A program made the position numbers and the translations under genes. From Eledone cirrhosa (lineage: Eukaryota), in the NCBI GenBank assembly GCA_964016885.1, contig OZ024740.1:253270001-253334000 (forward strand): DNA of 64,000 bases. Direction: 5' to 3'. Below are positions 47,957 through 60,700 of this stretch, in pieces. The notes beneath the pieces are model-generated. The model worked only from the letters and a program-made list of their open reading frames with translations. It was not told the origin of the DNA and ran no database searches. Numbering within the stretch: the first letter of the stretch is position 1; every line of letters begins with the position of its first letter.

Positions 47957-48136
47957 TACGAAGGCAATCCCAAAAGTAAGGTCTCCTTCCGATATTGTAA
48001 CTTTTCCGTTAACATCCTGTGGATGGTGCTTCAGGAAACCTCAGGAACCAAAATGCAGAGAGCATCCAGAGTGATCCGCCGATCTTTACGCATGTTTTCC
48101 TCGGAAGGAGACCTTACTTTTGGGATTGCCCTCGTA
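47957..48136. mobile_element. Mariner-type MITE
   Basis: TIRs TA-CGA(A/G)GGCAATCCCAAAAGTAAGGTCTCCTTCCGA at both ends, with TA flanks. Confidence 0.85.
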
Positions 48137-48351
48137 TATAATATCTGCGCGAAATTCGCACTTGGCGGTAGCGTTCAACGGGAGCTCCATTCTCAACGGC
48201 TGCCAAGCCAAGATTGAGCATCCCAGCAGGGCGCGCATGCTTGTTTGGGAGTGAAGGAAGCGCCAATCACAACAGTGTTGCCAACAGCCGTACGAACAGT
48301 TTCTCTGTGTCCCCATCGCTTTGGAGACCTTACTTTTGGGATTATCCTTGT
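48137..48351 (-). mobile_element. Mariner 5' end: TIR, leader and transposase start
   Basis: Same TIR family at 48322-48351; ATG encodes MELPLNATAKCEFRADI, resembling mariner N-termini (KCEVRAVI). Confidence 0.65.
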
Positions 48352-49412
48352 ATATGTACGTATATGTGTTTATGTTTATGTATGTATATATATATGTGTG
48401 TGTATGTATATGTGTGTATGTATATATGTCAGGTTCCTCTCGACTGCTATTGATAACATGTAACCCAGTACAACCTCTCTCATGGTTGGGTCATTGGCAA
48501 CTGAACTGGCAACCCCACTAAGCCTGCTTGGTGAGGAGAATGATATTTGGACACCCTGCGGGATAAAATACAAAGGGTGGAGAAACTCAGCAGAGTAGTT
48601 TTTATTTTATTTTATTTTTTATTTTTTCACCTGGGAGTGAAAGGCCTCCAGTTGTTGTCACAACACCTTTCTAAGATAGGAAACTCTGAAAAAAAAACTT
48701 GCAGCTTCGGAAGCATTCGATGATGTTGACCAGTTCTCCTTTTCGGGTAGTGTTTCGATGCTCAGAGAGTGGGATTAGTCGAGTCCAAGGCCTTTCCCCA
48801 CTTAAAAAAGCTTCAAAGCTTATTAGGATATCTTATAGGTTCATGTGGCTGGCTGTAGTCTAGAAATGCACCATTTTCTGTAATCTGACAAGTGATTGCA
48901 ATACTCTTAGCAGAGTTTGCAGCCTTCATGTATATATGTACATATATATATAAAAAATATATATAAGAAGAAAGTGGAGGTGTTACATATGAGATTTATT
49001 GCTCAACCCGGTTACAAATATTTCTCAGCATATACACAATTTTTTTGGTTGTTCTTTTTTGATTATTCAAGCATGTAATTTCACTCCTTTGATCAAAGAA
49101 TTACTTTGCCATTTCTGTTTTTTGGTGTTTTTGTATTTTGAGTTCAAATTCCATCTAGGGATCCAAATTCCACTGATGGTCAGGACTAGTCCCCTGACCA
49201 CTTGGCTGCAACTGTCTATTTCAACAGTGGAATGATGTCCAGAGTTAATCACCCAACTACAGGACCACAACTAATTATGGAAGCTGCCATTTGTATTAAG
49301 AAGGACTGTAGTCAAAGAATGATAATGTTGACAAATAAACCCAATATAATTATAACAACCAATATTTAATGTTGCCCACATATAAGGGTAACAAAATATA
49401 TAAACCCTGATG

Positions 49413-49720
49413 TTAATCTATTTTCTTCAACTGTTGCAGAACTCTAGTCACCAAATAGATACTGCCTGTTATCAAGATCTGTAAATGAGTTGCACCTTGC
49501 AGAACATCTGGTACCAGAGATGAGTTTTTCATGTGATTATTGGCCATATTTAACTGGCACCACTCCACAGCATTACTGACACATGAGAATCCTTTCACAG
49601 TATCACAATGAAAGCATTCATCTTTCTTCTCTGTTCCATTCATTCCATTGTCATCGTTATCGAATAAAGCCATCCAACTAACCATTAGATCATGGTATTG
49701 GCCTGCTGCTTCAAATTTCT
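49413..49720 (-). CDS. FPGS: FPGS-like gene, terminal coding exon
   Basis: Acceptor TTTCTAATCCACAG; encodes KFEAAGQYHDL...FSCVSNAVEW...HLQILITGSIYLVTRVLQQL*, comparable to the FPGS motifs FSCISHALQW and VLVTGSLHLVG; phase matches the upstream exon. Confidence 0.85.
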
Positions 49721-50184
49721 CTGTGGATTAGAAAGCAAAGTAAAAAATAAGGAAATAGAAAATTGGATGGAAGGTAGGATGCTGAATTAAGTGCAACAAC
49801 TTTAGAAGCTGTGCAGTAATGTACCAGCTTCAGCATTCAGTCATCAGAAAAAGGGAGGTAGTGTAAAAACCAAACTCGTGTAGATTGGAGATCAGAGAAG
49901 CACTCCATGTAGAGCCACTACTTCCCCGAATTGAGAGATTACAGCTCCGATACTATGGGCATGTGGTTAGAGGAAGAAGAGAAGGAAGAGGAGGTAGAGG
50001 TGGAGAAAATACATTTAGATTTATTGTTTACTTTTGAGTTTTTAACTGTTGTTGGATCTCCATTGACCCTGACAGCAAATGTTCTAATTGATTCAATCAA
50101 CAGAATGGCTCAGTATTCCACAGTGACATGCATCCTTAATGCAGTTCTCAGGGAGATTCAGTGTGTCAATGTATGACATGAACT

Positions 50185-50275
50185 GGAGCAATATGAAATA
50201 AAGTGTCTTGCTCAAGGACACAGTGCACTGACAGGAAACGAACTCACAACCTTATGATTGAGAGCCAAACACCCT
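50185..50275 (-). mobile_element. SINE family 2 fragment
   Basis: TGAAATAAAGTGTCTTGCTCAAGGACA...GAACTCACAACC matches 33375-33437. Confidence 0.7.
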
Positions 50276-50427
50276 ATACACATACACAGTCATATATACA
50301 CACCACCTATACACATACACACACACTCGTACGCATATGCATACGCACCATCTGAGCACATAGAAACACACCAGTACACATATATACACACACAGCAGAC
50401 TAAAGAAATATTAGTTATGCGACATAC

Positions 50428-50479
50428 CATGAACACCAGCTCTATTAGAGACAAACAGGACCAAGTCAAAATTACATTT
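50428..50479 (-). CDS. FPGS: FPGS-like internal exon (52 nt)
   Basis: TTTTCCAG|KCNFDLVLFVSNRAGVH|GTATGT, comparable to CQFDYAVFCPN; phase 0 to 1. Confidence 0.85.
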
Positions 50480-50530
50480 CTGGAAAATAAATAAACAATT
50501 AGTTATTGGGTTTGTTGCTGTTGTTGTTAT

Positions 50531-53500
50531 TGTGGTTAGAAAAAGCTATCTCACTTACCGCTTTTCATAGGCGCCGCTAAATCCCATTGCTGGTTTCTCC
50601 TCTTCCACGTGCGTCCAACTCATTAACACCGGGAGCTGCCAAAACTCGCGTCCACACCGTTCCTGGTCACCACTAGAGAGAGGCCGATCTGCTGGTCCTT
50701 CCGGTCGAGCACCCTTCCGGCCACTGCACGCCACACCATACCCACACGCCCACCTGATCTCTGCATATGAAAGTCTGCTGTCCAGGTTGGTGGTTGCGCG
50801 ACTTCTTTGCGATCTCTGCAGTGTTGAGGCGGCACTTTGGGTTTCCTCTTCCTCGGAGTCCGTTGACACAGTGATTCTATGGACATCCAAGACATGACGT
50901 GGTACTCCGTCAACGGACACATTGTTCTGGGAATTTATGGCCGTCACCGTTCCCCTTCCCCATTGAGATGTGCAACGTGCATCTGGGGGCTTAACCCAGA
51001 CTTCTTCGCCCACCTGCACGAATGCACTCTCTCTCCCCACTGGCCGTTGTGGTGGCGTGCATGGGTGCCGCCACTCGTATCTGAATACTGCTCTGTGTGG
51101 CACCGATTCCTCGACCTGTCCAACCCGAGGGGACATATTGTACCAGAACACTGCCTCCATTGGTGAGATATGGCCCCGCTCTGCCATGCCTTGATCGTCC
51201 GGTGGTGTCGCTCCACAATTCCATTCCCGCTCGGCCTGTGCGCTGCTCTGAAGAAACGGTCCACCTTCCATCCATCGAGCATCTCCCTCAGCGCCTCCGA
51301 GCGGAACGCTGCGCTGTTGTCCATCAGCAGTTCGTCCACAGGGCCCCGCTCCAAGAACACCTCTCTCAACGTCCGCATGATTTCCTCGGCCGTTCCAGTC
51401 TTCATCTACCTCCATATCGCCATCCGTCCTGGTCCACAGTCGACCATCGAGAGGTACGTTCCCTGTCGGTAGTACGTTACATCCACCGCCAATCGCTTCC
51501 AGTCGTGATCCACCGGGAGGCTTCCCGTTTCGTGCACACCCGGGGCGGGATCAATGGACTGACATCGGACGCAGCCTCTAACCACCCTTTGAACACTGTG
51601 TCTGTTAACGTCCGAGTCGATTCTCCTGGCTAGGAACAGGCTCCTGTCCACTCCCATGTGGTGCATGTCATGCAACACTTTCAGATCCGACTCGGTCAGC
51701 CGACACACGGCAGTTATCTCATCTTCTACCTCCTCCGGCGCTTCCATCCAGGCTTTCTTCACCCTGGTTAAGACGTCCGCCCTATTTTTCTCTGAAGGCA
51801 CGAAAACTACGCTCAGCCTCAGGTCGAACTCGGTGGCCAACTCTCCTAAAGTTCCCAGGCGGCGCCTTATCAGCATCTCCGCCGCCCCTCTCGTTCGCAC
51901 TCTCTTCTCACTGGTGAGCACTGATCTCACCCATCTGAGTACAGTAGCCGAGTCGGTGCGTATCTCGATGGTGCACAGTCCCCACCCCAGGGCGAGGTTC
52001 AGCCCTCTCAACACTGCGTCCTGTTCGGCCACATTGATGTGGTTGCAGTCGTCCTTCTTCCTAAGCCAGGCTGCATCCTCGACCTCAACACTTCCTATCT
52101 CCAACGTGACACCCAGCGCTATGCTGCTGGCATCGCACCATACGGTCCCGCTCTGCGATTTGGGAACATACCAGCGTCCCCGCACTGGGTCGTCGGCCTC
52201 CACCCTCCCCACGATCTCCTGCATCATGGCCACCGTCCTCTCTCTCACTCTGTCACTCCAAGTCACCCCTCCCGCTCGTCTCTTGACATGGCTGCATGCC
52301 GTCCGGAGCCACCCAGCAATCGGGTAGTGACCCACCAACTTTCCACACACCGAGAAAAGCTCCCGCCTACTCATACTTGGGCCCAGTTCTGGAACTTCAT
52401 TTCCCCTCTGGAATACCAAGACGCCCGTCCTGTCTCGCCGTAGCCTAAGTCCCAGCGCGGCTCCTCCCTCCAACGCTTCTGACGGCTTCGCAGCTAGTCC
52501 ATACCTCTGTAAATGGCTCGTGACCTCCGCCGCCGACACCACAGACTCGTTCACTAGGATGTCGTCAATGTAGGAGTTAGTGGCTCTCTTCATCTTGTCG
52601 GCCTTTCCCAGAATGATCTAGAGGACCGCCGCCATGATCTTCGGTACGGAGCTCAGCCCGAAACCGAGCCTGGTCAGGCAATATGTCCGGCCCTTATACC
52701 TGACCAGCCAGAGCTTCTCATCTATATGCAATTGCAAGTATGCCGACTTTAGATCTACGATTGCTGAACCCCCCGTCATGCGTCTCCTCTCACGAAGGGT
52801 TTCCCCACAGACATCCGTGACCTCGCCACCCGTGTGGCATGACACGTGCTCGTTCAGCTCCCGAAAGTCCAGTACCGGCCTCACCTTGTTCTTTGTGGGT
52901 TGCGCCACCGCCATTAACGGCAATACTCCGCACTTCACCTCCTCTTTCCAGGGAAGCAGTATGCCCTCCTCAATCCATCTCTCTACCTCTCGCTCGAACT
53001 CGCTCCTAATGTTTCCCTTCAATGTGATAGCAGCCCACTTTGGTCTTCAGTGTTGGTGCTTTTCCCTTCCAGTACCACTCAACAACCCATCGCTGCCCAT
53101 CGAACACGGCCTTGAAGTCTTTGTCCTGCACAGTGTAAGCGGAGTATTTCTCCTCGTGGGCCTTCTGGTTCTCTTGTCGCGTACTCACAGCGCATACCGA
53201 TGCAGTGCCGCCAACCGACACACCGACGTTGTTCAGTGACACCTCCTAGACGGCTAATTGCGTCCATGCCCATAACCACGCCGATCCCATCCACCACGCT
53301 GTCAACTGCGATGGCAGAAAGCCTTATTTTCCTTCCCCGTACCGCTATCTCCACCTCGTTGCGACCTCGGCATTCAATTTTCCTGCCGTCGACTGCCCTT
53401 ACGCTGCTCTTCCCTCTCCACCTCTGCGCCACCCCCGCGGTCACCAGTGTCGTCGTACAGCCCGTGTCCATGAGGGCTCGCTGTGGCTTTCCCCTCACGA

Positions 53501-54650
53501 AGACTTTCACCACGGGCAGCGCCTCTACTCGTAAGGGGAAACTACCGGCGCAGTAGTTCCCCTTGGATCGTTTCCCTGGTCGCTTACACCGGTAGCATAT
53601 TATTTCCGGCCTTGACTCTTTACAGTCTCTAGCCATGTGCGGGCCATGGTATCTAAAACAGCGACCTCTAAACGTTCGCGGGCGACCGCGTGCCGAGGTT
53701 GCCTCCCTTTCACCATTTCGCTGCCAGCTGTCTTGAGCCTCTGTAGTTGCTATCGCCGCGACACTCTTCTTGGCATCTTCTGCTATGATCCCGGCTTGTT
53801 CCACCAGTGAACACATTTCCATTTCTTTGTAACCCGGGAGTTGCTGCAGTTTCACCGCTATGTCGTCTGGAAATCTATTTATGAACGCCAACCGCACCAT
53901 GCGTTCGCATTCCACCTGATATCCAGCCAACATGGCCAATCGCCGTATTTCCGCTGCGAAAATATCAATGCGTTCACCGTTCCATCTAATTCTTGCTAGC
54001 TTAGCAAAAGCGGCTAACGGTCCCTCTGCGAACGCTTCCACCATACGCCTCTCAATCTTTTGCGCATCTCTTTGGCTGTGTTCATCTAACTCAAGGAAGA
54101 GTACCAACGCGTCCCCCTCGAGGTACAGTGCCATGAGGCCAGCCACATCTTCTATCTTCTGTAAGCTTGCGACCAGCCGGACTTTTCGCAGCCATGCGAC
54201 AACATCGCCTTCACCGGTAAATGCCCTAATCGCTTCGCTCGTTCGTAGTATCGTCGCCATATCCTAATTTGTCTTGCGGTACGTGATAAAAAAACAACAA
54301 CAGACTCCTCTCTGTTTTTCCAGTAGCTTTGTTTTCGAGAAAGTTTTTTTTTTTTTTTTTTTCAATCAGATCTCAGTTTCCAGTGCTGAAATAGCTTGTG
54401 GTTAGAAAAAGCTATCTCACTTACCGCTTTTCATAGGTGCCGATAAATCCCATTGCTGGTTTCTCCTCTTCCACGTGCGTCCAACTCATTAACACTGGGA
54501 GCTGCCAAAACTCGCGTCCACACCGTTCCTGGTCACCACTAGAGAGAGGCCTATCTGCTGGCCCTTCCGGTCGAGCACCCTTCCGGCCAAGCACTTTTCC
54601 GGTCGAGCACTCCCCAGCTTCCGGCCACTGCACGCCACACCATACCCACA
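50531..54650 (-). mobile_element. Complete compact LTR retrotransposon, copy 1 (gag-PR-RT-RH-IN)
   Basis: LTRs at 50531-50746 and 54397-54650 with TG...CA ends; 5-bp TSD GTTAT; gag ATG 54260; PR MDTG; RT YIDD; RH CDAS/HINVAE/RTDS; IN H-H-C-C, D..D..E; several frameshifts. Confidence 0.95.
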
Positions 54651-54669
54651 GTTATCAAAGCTAATTGCT

Positions 54670-55320
54670 AGGTATTTAGCACCCTAGCTTAGTCATATAA
54701 TGTGTACCTCGATATTTAGCCCTACAATGTGCGTCCAGGTATTTAGCACTCTACTCAAGCCCTACAATGTGTACCTGGGTATTTATCTCCCTCAGTTAGT
54801 TCTACAATGTGCACCTCATTCTCCTAAATTAGATAATTTGGTAAGCTTTCAAACCTAGTATTTCACATTTCTTGCTCTGACTGCACTAAAAATTTACTAA
54901 GCCTACATTTGCTCCTACATGGCTCACACCAACCCATGCCAAATCATGTGACAAGTCATTACACCATATGATCCTCTCCACCAATTCGGATATTTCCACA
55001 ACACTGCTACACAACAAAGATATTTAGTGATCTATTATTATGTATTGAATTTAATTATACAAACTTGTGTGAAACTGTAATTCATTAAGGTTCAGTAATG
55101 CACCTCTGCGAGATCGGTGCCCTACTTGGCTGCCTAGTTGACTCTTATGGTAGCAACTCTCTGAGGTCTGTGTCTTAGGTGACCTTATTGTGGCATCTCT
55201 ATAAGATCTGTGCTCTAAGTGGCTGCCTAGTTGACCTTAATGGTAGCACCTCTCCGAGGTCTGTTTCCTAGGTGGCCTTAATGGTAGCACCTCCCTGAGG
55301 TGTATGTCCAATGTGGCTGC
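54670..55320. repeat. Two degenerate minisatellite blocks
   Basis: Recurrent GGTATTTAGC/CTACAATGTG units (54670-54815) and CCTAGTTGAC..ATGGTAGCAC..GAGGTCTGT units (55095-55320). Confidence 0.65.
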
Positions 55321-55650
55321 TTATTTGGTGGTTGGAGTGGTAGTGGTGTATGTGATAGTCATGATTGTGGTGTATGTTATAGTTCAGATTGTGGTGGTTG
55401 TGTGGAGTTCAATTTCGACATAGAATTGTTTGACATGAAATGAACATGTAAGTGGCTGATTATTCCATAGACACATGTACCCTAAACATGTGTATCCAAG
55501 TTTTTAGACTAGGTACACTGTATCTCTGAGTGTCATAAGAGATGATTAAAAGGGTTGGAGTCAGGACAGGTATCCAGGTACCCAGCTGTAAAACACTGTC
55601 TTAGAACATCCTGTCCAACCCATGTCAGCAGGAAAAAATGGATGCAAAAA

Positions 55651-55830
55651 TAATTGTTTCTACTTTTTGGCACAAGGCCAGCAATTACCCAGTGCATTAC
55701 TGGTACTTTATTTTATCGACCCCGTAAAGATGAAAGGCAAAGTTAACCTTGGCGGGATTTGAATTCAGAATGGAAACTATGTGTCAAAGCATGGCGTCCG
55801 ACCCTTTACCGATACTGCCAATCCACCGCC
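55651..55830 (-). mobile_element. tRNA-derived SINE, family 1
   Basis: Reverse complement of the family sequence. Confidence 0.85.
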
Positions 55831-55983
55831 AATGGATGTGACAAATTTCACTGACAAGGACTGGAGTAACCTTAGCCTATGGTAAATGATTGAACCCAGG
55901 AGCTTATGATTGCTAAGCAAATTTCTTAGCCATTCAGCCATGTTGAAGCAGTAGTTTTATTGTTAAAAGAAACATTTTCTTAC

Positions 55984-56062
55984 CTTTAAGCATTTAAGCA
56001 TTGTCTGTGGATCACGGTAACCACTTATAGAGAATATCAATGCCTTTCTTATATTGCTGTTC
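55984..56062 (-). CDS. FPGS: FPGS-like internal exon (79 nt)
   Basis: TTTTCATAG|NSNIRKALIFSISGYRDPQTMLKCLK|GTAAG, comparable to VRVLLFNATGDRDPAALLKLL; phase 2 to 0. Confidence 0.85.
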
Positions 56063-56499
56063 CTATGAAAAGAATAGATGCATTTGTACCTATCCATTTG
56101 TTAGTAGTTTTAGCTAGGCTAGGAGGGCAGTGACTCAAAAGGCTCTGTAAGCTATGGAGAAGGCAACCCATCTAGGAGAGCAGTGGCTCTGAATAAAATA
56201 AAATTGCATGGGGCATATATGGCCTCTGTAAGCCATGCAGAAGGCAGCCTGTCTAGGAGGGCAGTGGCTTCAAGTGAAATGACTATGCGAGGTAGAACTG
56301 GGCTTTGTAAGTTTTATGATTCTTTTGCCTCCCCTTGGCCTTCTCTTTTTTTGTATCTCTCTGTCTATCTCGTTTTTGTTTCTTAACTGTAAGAGGTTCT
56401 AGATACATCCCCTAATCTCACATGGCTTTGTAGCTCTATATGGAAGTTGAAATTGATTAAATAAATAAATAAAGATGCATTCATGAGCTTTATATCAAA

Positions 56500-56772
56500 T
56501 AATAATTGTTTCTACTTTTGGCACAAGGCCAGCAATTACCCAGTACATTACTGGTACTTTATGTTATCGACCCCATAAGGATGAAAGGCAAAGTTGACTA
56601 CGGCAGGATTTGAACTCAGAATGGAAAGGGCCGTAACTCTATGATTCAAAGCATGATACTGCCAATATATATATCAAATAATAATTGTTTCTTCTTTTGG
56701 CACAAGGCCAGCAATGATATCAGTGTATTACTGGTACTTTATTTTATCGATCCCGTAAGGATGAAGGGCAAA
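56500..56772 (-). mobile_element. Two tandem SINE family 1 copies (the second truncated)
   Basis: Family sequence at 56500-56663 and 56678-56772. Confidence 0.8.
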
Positions 56773-57103
56773 ATAATATCTGATTCGTTTGCAAGTAAAC
56801 AGTCTCATTACGCTGTGTTTTATAGATGACCATCGTCATCCTTTTGTTCTAGCAGTGACAGAGAGAAACAATCAATAATACTATATATTCTCAAGAGTTC
56901 TGGTGCTTGCAAACAAATCAAATATTATTATTATTCGATATAAAACTCATGAATACATTTACGTTTTTATAAGTTCTACCTTCCCCCGCTGGAACTAACA
57001 AAGTTTTTAACGACCCCCAGATTTTCATAGGTTCTCCCTTCTCCTCTGGGTTTAAGGAATGAAAATTAAACAGAAACAAATGTCTCACTTCAACAATACT
57101 TAC

Positions 57104-57156
57104 GGATTTCTTAGGGCTTCTTCTTTGGATTTCTTCTGAAACCAGGCACAGCAACA
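57104..57156 (-). CDS. FPGS: FPGS-like internal exon (53 nt)
   Basis: TATATCAG|CCCAWFQKKSKEEALRNP|GTAAGT, comparable to ACVRWF; phase 0 to 2. Confidence 0.85.
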
Positions 57157-57654
57157 CTGATATAAACACCATTGGTAATTAGTAAGTCTGTCTATCTGTC
57201 TGTTTGCGTGTATGTTGTATGTGTTTATGTATGTGTGTTCATGTATGTGCACGTATGTGCATGTGTGTGTGTTGTATGTGGATGTGTGTTCATTTGTGTG
57301 TGTGCATGAGTAAGTATGTGTGTGAGTTTGTTTATGTGTGGCTATCTTGGAACTTGTTCAAATACACGAAAATACACACACATCCACATATATATTCACC
57401 TACACATACACATACAGAAGTTTATTTTACATATATTACACATATACACACATACACGCATATTACATATATGCACATATACACACATATTACACATATA
57501 CACACATATTACACATATACACATATACACACATATTACATATATACAAACATATTACATATTACACATATAGTCACATATTACATATATACACACATAT
57601 ACACATATAGACACATGTATATACATGAGATAATGCTATATTAGAGGTACCTAC

Positions 57655-57752
57655 CTCCATGCTACCCTTTGTATGTGCTCCATCCATGTAATAAGTGATA
57701 TTTTCTTCTTTGATAATTTCAACTCTTCCTCGTAACTTTACAGGCTCCATAA
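57655..57752 (-). CDS. FPGS: FPGS-like internal exon (98 nt) with the DGAHT motif
   Basis: CTAAACAG|MEPVKLRGRVEIIKEENITYYMDGAHTKGSME|GTAGGT; DGAHT is the FPGS/FolC signature. Upstream exons were not found in the window. Confidence 0.9.
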
Positions 57753-60700
57753 CTGTTTAGAGGGGATGAAATAAACACTCTGTCACAGATCATCTTTATC
57801 ATCATCATCATCATCATCGTTTTAACACCTGCTTTCCCTGCTAACAAGGGTTCGACGGGTCTACATAGACAAAGTCAGTATTGAAGGAGAGCTACTGACC
57901 TCCCAGAAAAGACCGGGGAGTGTGTGTGTGTGGGGTGGGGGGGACTGCATCTTACTTACATATGGTCTTACAGTCTATTGAGTGCTGAAAAGAAGTTGTC
58001 ATATTTTTGATACCACTTTACAGCATACACTGGGTACATTTATCGTGTAAATCACCAACACAAAGGAGGCTGTCATGTCCTTGACATGACTTAAGGGTCC
58101 TCCTAATTCTTTGTTTGGCAAGATTTCTATGGCTGGATGCCCTTCCTATCACCAACCACTTTACTGTGTGTACTGGGTGTGTTTATCGTGTAGATCAAAG
58201 ATTCTCAACCCATTTCGGCTAAACTTTTGCCCCTCAAAATCACAAAACTATTTTTCCATTTTTCAATATACTACTGATTTTAATATCAGTAGATTACTGG
58301 GCCGAATCAAGTTATGTTAGAATCTTTAAAAAGATCTTTAAAAAATACTCGTACGAATTAAATACTAAAAAGTTTCAGTCCAAAACAAAAGCAAGCTATT
58401 TCAAATTATATATTTTTGAAAAATAGACGTGAATGTTCTCAAAGATTTGATCTCAGTCGAAAAAACTTCTTTTTTTTTAAATTCTATATTTCACTGTTAG
58501 CTGTTGTAATATTTGTAGTTAGAAAAAGCTATCTCACTTACCGCTTTTCACAGGCGCCGCTAAATTCCGCTGCAGGTACTCCTCTTCCACGTGCGTCCGA
58601 CTGCTTAACACCGGGAGCTGCCCAAAACGCATCCTCACCATATGCTGGTCACCACTAGAGAGAGGCCCTCTCCTGGCCCTTCCGGTCGAGCATCCTTCCG
58701 GTCAAAGACCCCTTCCGGTCGAGCACTCCCCCCCCCCGCCCCCGGCCACCGCACGCCACACCATACCCACACGCCCCCCTGATCTCAAGGATCAATTTCC
58801 CCCTCGTCCCTCTGCATATGAAAGTCTGCCGTCCAGGTCGGTGGTCTACGACTTCGTTGCGATCTTCATAGTATTGGGGCAGGGCTCTGGGTTTCCACCT
58901 CATCTTGGGTTTCCTCTTCCTCGGAGTCCGTCGATACAGTGATTCTTCTTACATCCAGGACATGACGTGGTACCCCGTCCACGGACACATTGTTCTTTGA
59001 ATTTACGGCCGTCACCGTTCCCCTTCCCCATTGAGATGTGCACCGTGCATCTGGGGGCTTAACCCAGACTTCTTCGCCCACCTGCACGAATGCACTCTCT
59101 CTCCCCACTGGCCGTTGTGGTGGCGTGCACGGGTGCCGCCACTCGTATTTGAATACTGCTCTGTGTGGCACCGATTCCTCGACCTGTCCAACCCGAGGGG
59201 ACATATTGTACCAGAACACTGCCTCCATTGGTGAGATATGGCCCCGCTCCGCCATTGCCTCGATCGTCCGGTGGTGTCGCTCCACGATTCCATTCCCGCT
59301 CGGCCTGTGCGCCACTCTGAAGAAACGGTCCACCTTCCATCCCTCGAGCATTCCCCTCAGTGCCTCCAAGCGGAACGCTGCGCTGTTGTCCATCAGCAGT
59401 TCATCCACAGGGCCCCGCTCCAAGAACACCTCTCTCAACGTCCGCACGATTTCCTCGGCCGTTCCGGTCTTCATCTCCCTCCATATCGCCACTCGACCTG
59501 GTCCACAGTCGACCATCGAGAGGTACGTTCCCTGCCGGTAGTGCGTCACATCCACCGCTAATCGCTTCCACTCGCGATCCACCGGGAGGCTTCCCGTTTC
59601 GTGTACACCCGGGGCGGGATCAATGGACTGACATCAGACGCAGCCTCTAACGACCCCCCCGAACACTGTGTCTGCTAACGTCCGAGTCGATTCTCCTGGC
59701 TAGGAACAGGCTCCTATCCACCCCCATGTGGTGCATGTCATGCAACCCCTTCAGGTCTAACTCGGTCAGCCGACACACGGCAGCTATCTCATCCTCTACC
59801 TCCTCCGGCGCTTCCATCCAAGCTTTCTTCACTCTAGTTAAGATGTCCGTCCTATTTTTCTATGAAGGCACGAACACTACGCTCAGCTTCAGGTCGAACT
59901 CGGTGGCCAGCTCTCCTAACGTTCCCAGGCGGCGCTTTATCAGCATCTCCGCCGCGCCTCTCGTTCGCACTCTCTTCTCACTGGTGAGCACTGATCTTAC
60001 CCATCCGAGTACGGTAGCCGATTCGGTGCGTATCTAGATGGTGCGCAGCCCCCACCGCAGGGCGAGGTTCAGCCCTCTCAACACCGCGTCCAGCTCGGCC
60101 ACATTGATGTGGCTGCAGTCGTCCTTCTTTCTAAGCCAGGCTGCATCCTCGACCTCAACACCTCCTATCTCCAACGTGACACTCAGCGCTATGCTGCTGG
60201 CATCGCACCATACGGTCCCGCTCCGTGATTTGGGAACATACCAGCGTCCCCGCACTGGGTCGTCGGCCTTCACCCTCCCCACGATCTCCTGCATCATGGC
60301 CACTGTTCTCTCTCCCACTCTGTCACTCCAAGTCACCCCTCCCGCTCGTCTCTTGACATAGCTGCATGCCGTCCGGAGCCACCCAGCGATCGGGTAGTGA
60401 CCCACCAGCTTTCCACACACCGAGAAAAGCTCCCGCCTACTCATACTTGGGCCCAGTTCCGGAACTTCGTTTCCCCTCTGGAACACCAAAATGCCCGTCC
60501 TGTCTCGCCGTAGCCTAAGTCCCAGCGCGGCTCCTCCCTCCAATGCTTCTGATGGCTTCGCAGTCAGTCCATACCTCCGCAAATGGCTCGTGACCTCCGC
60601 CGTCGACACCACCAACTCGTCCACTAGGATGTCGTCAATGTAGGGGTTAGTAGCCCTCTTTATCTTGTTGGCCCTCCCCAGAACGGTCTTGAGGACCGCC

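Noticed and set aside
50000-50180. Candidate extra FPGS exon
   Set aside because: Stops occur in the needed frames and it overlaps a dispersed repeat; exon 50428-50479 already joins in phase.
54670-55320. Repeat-spacer-like pattern
   Set aside because: Units are degenerate with related interspaces, which fits a minisatellite rather than CRISPR.
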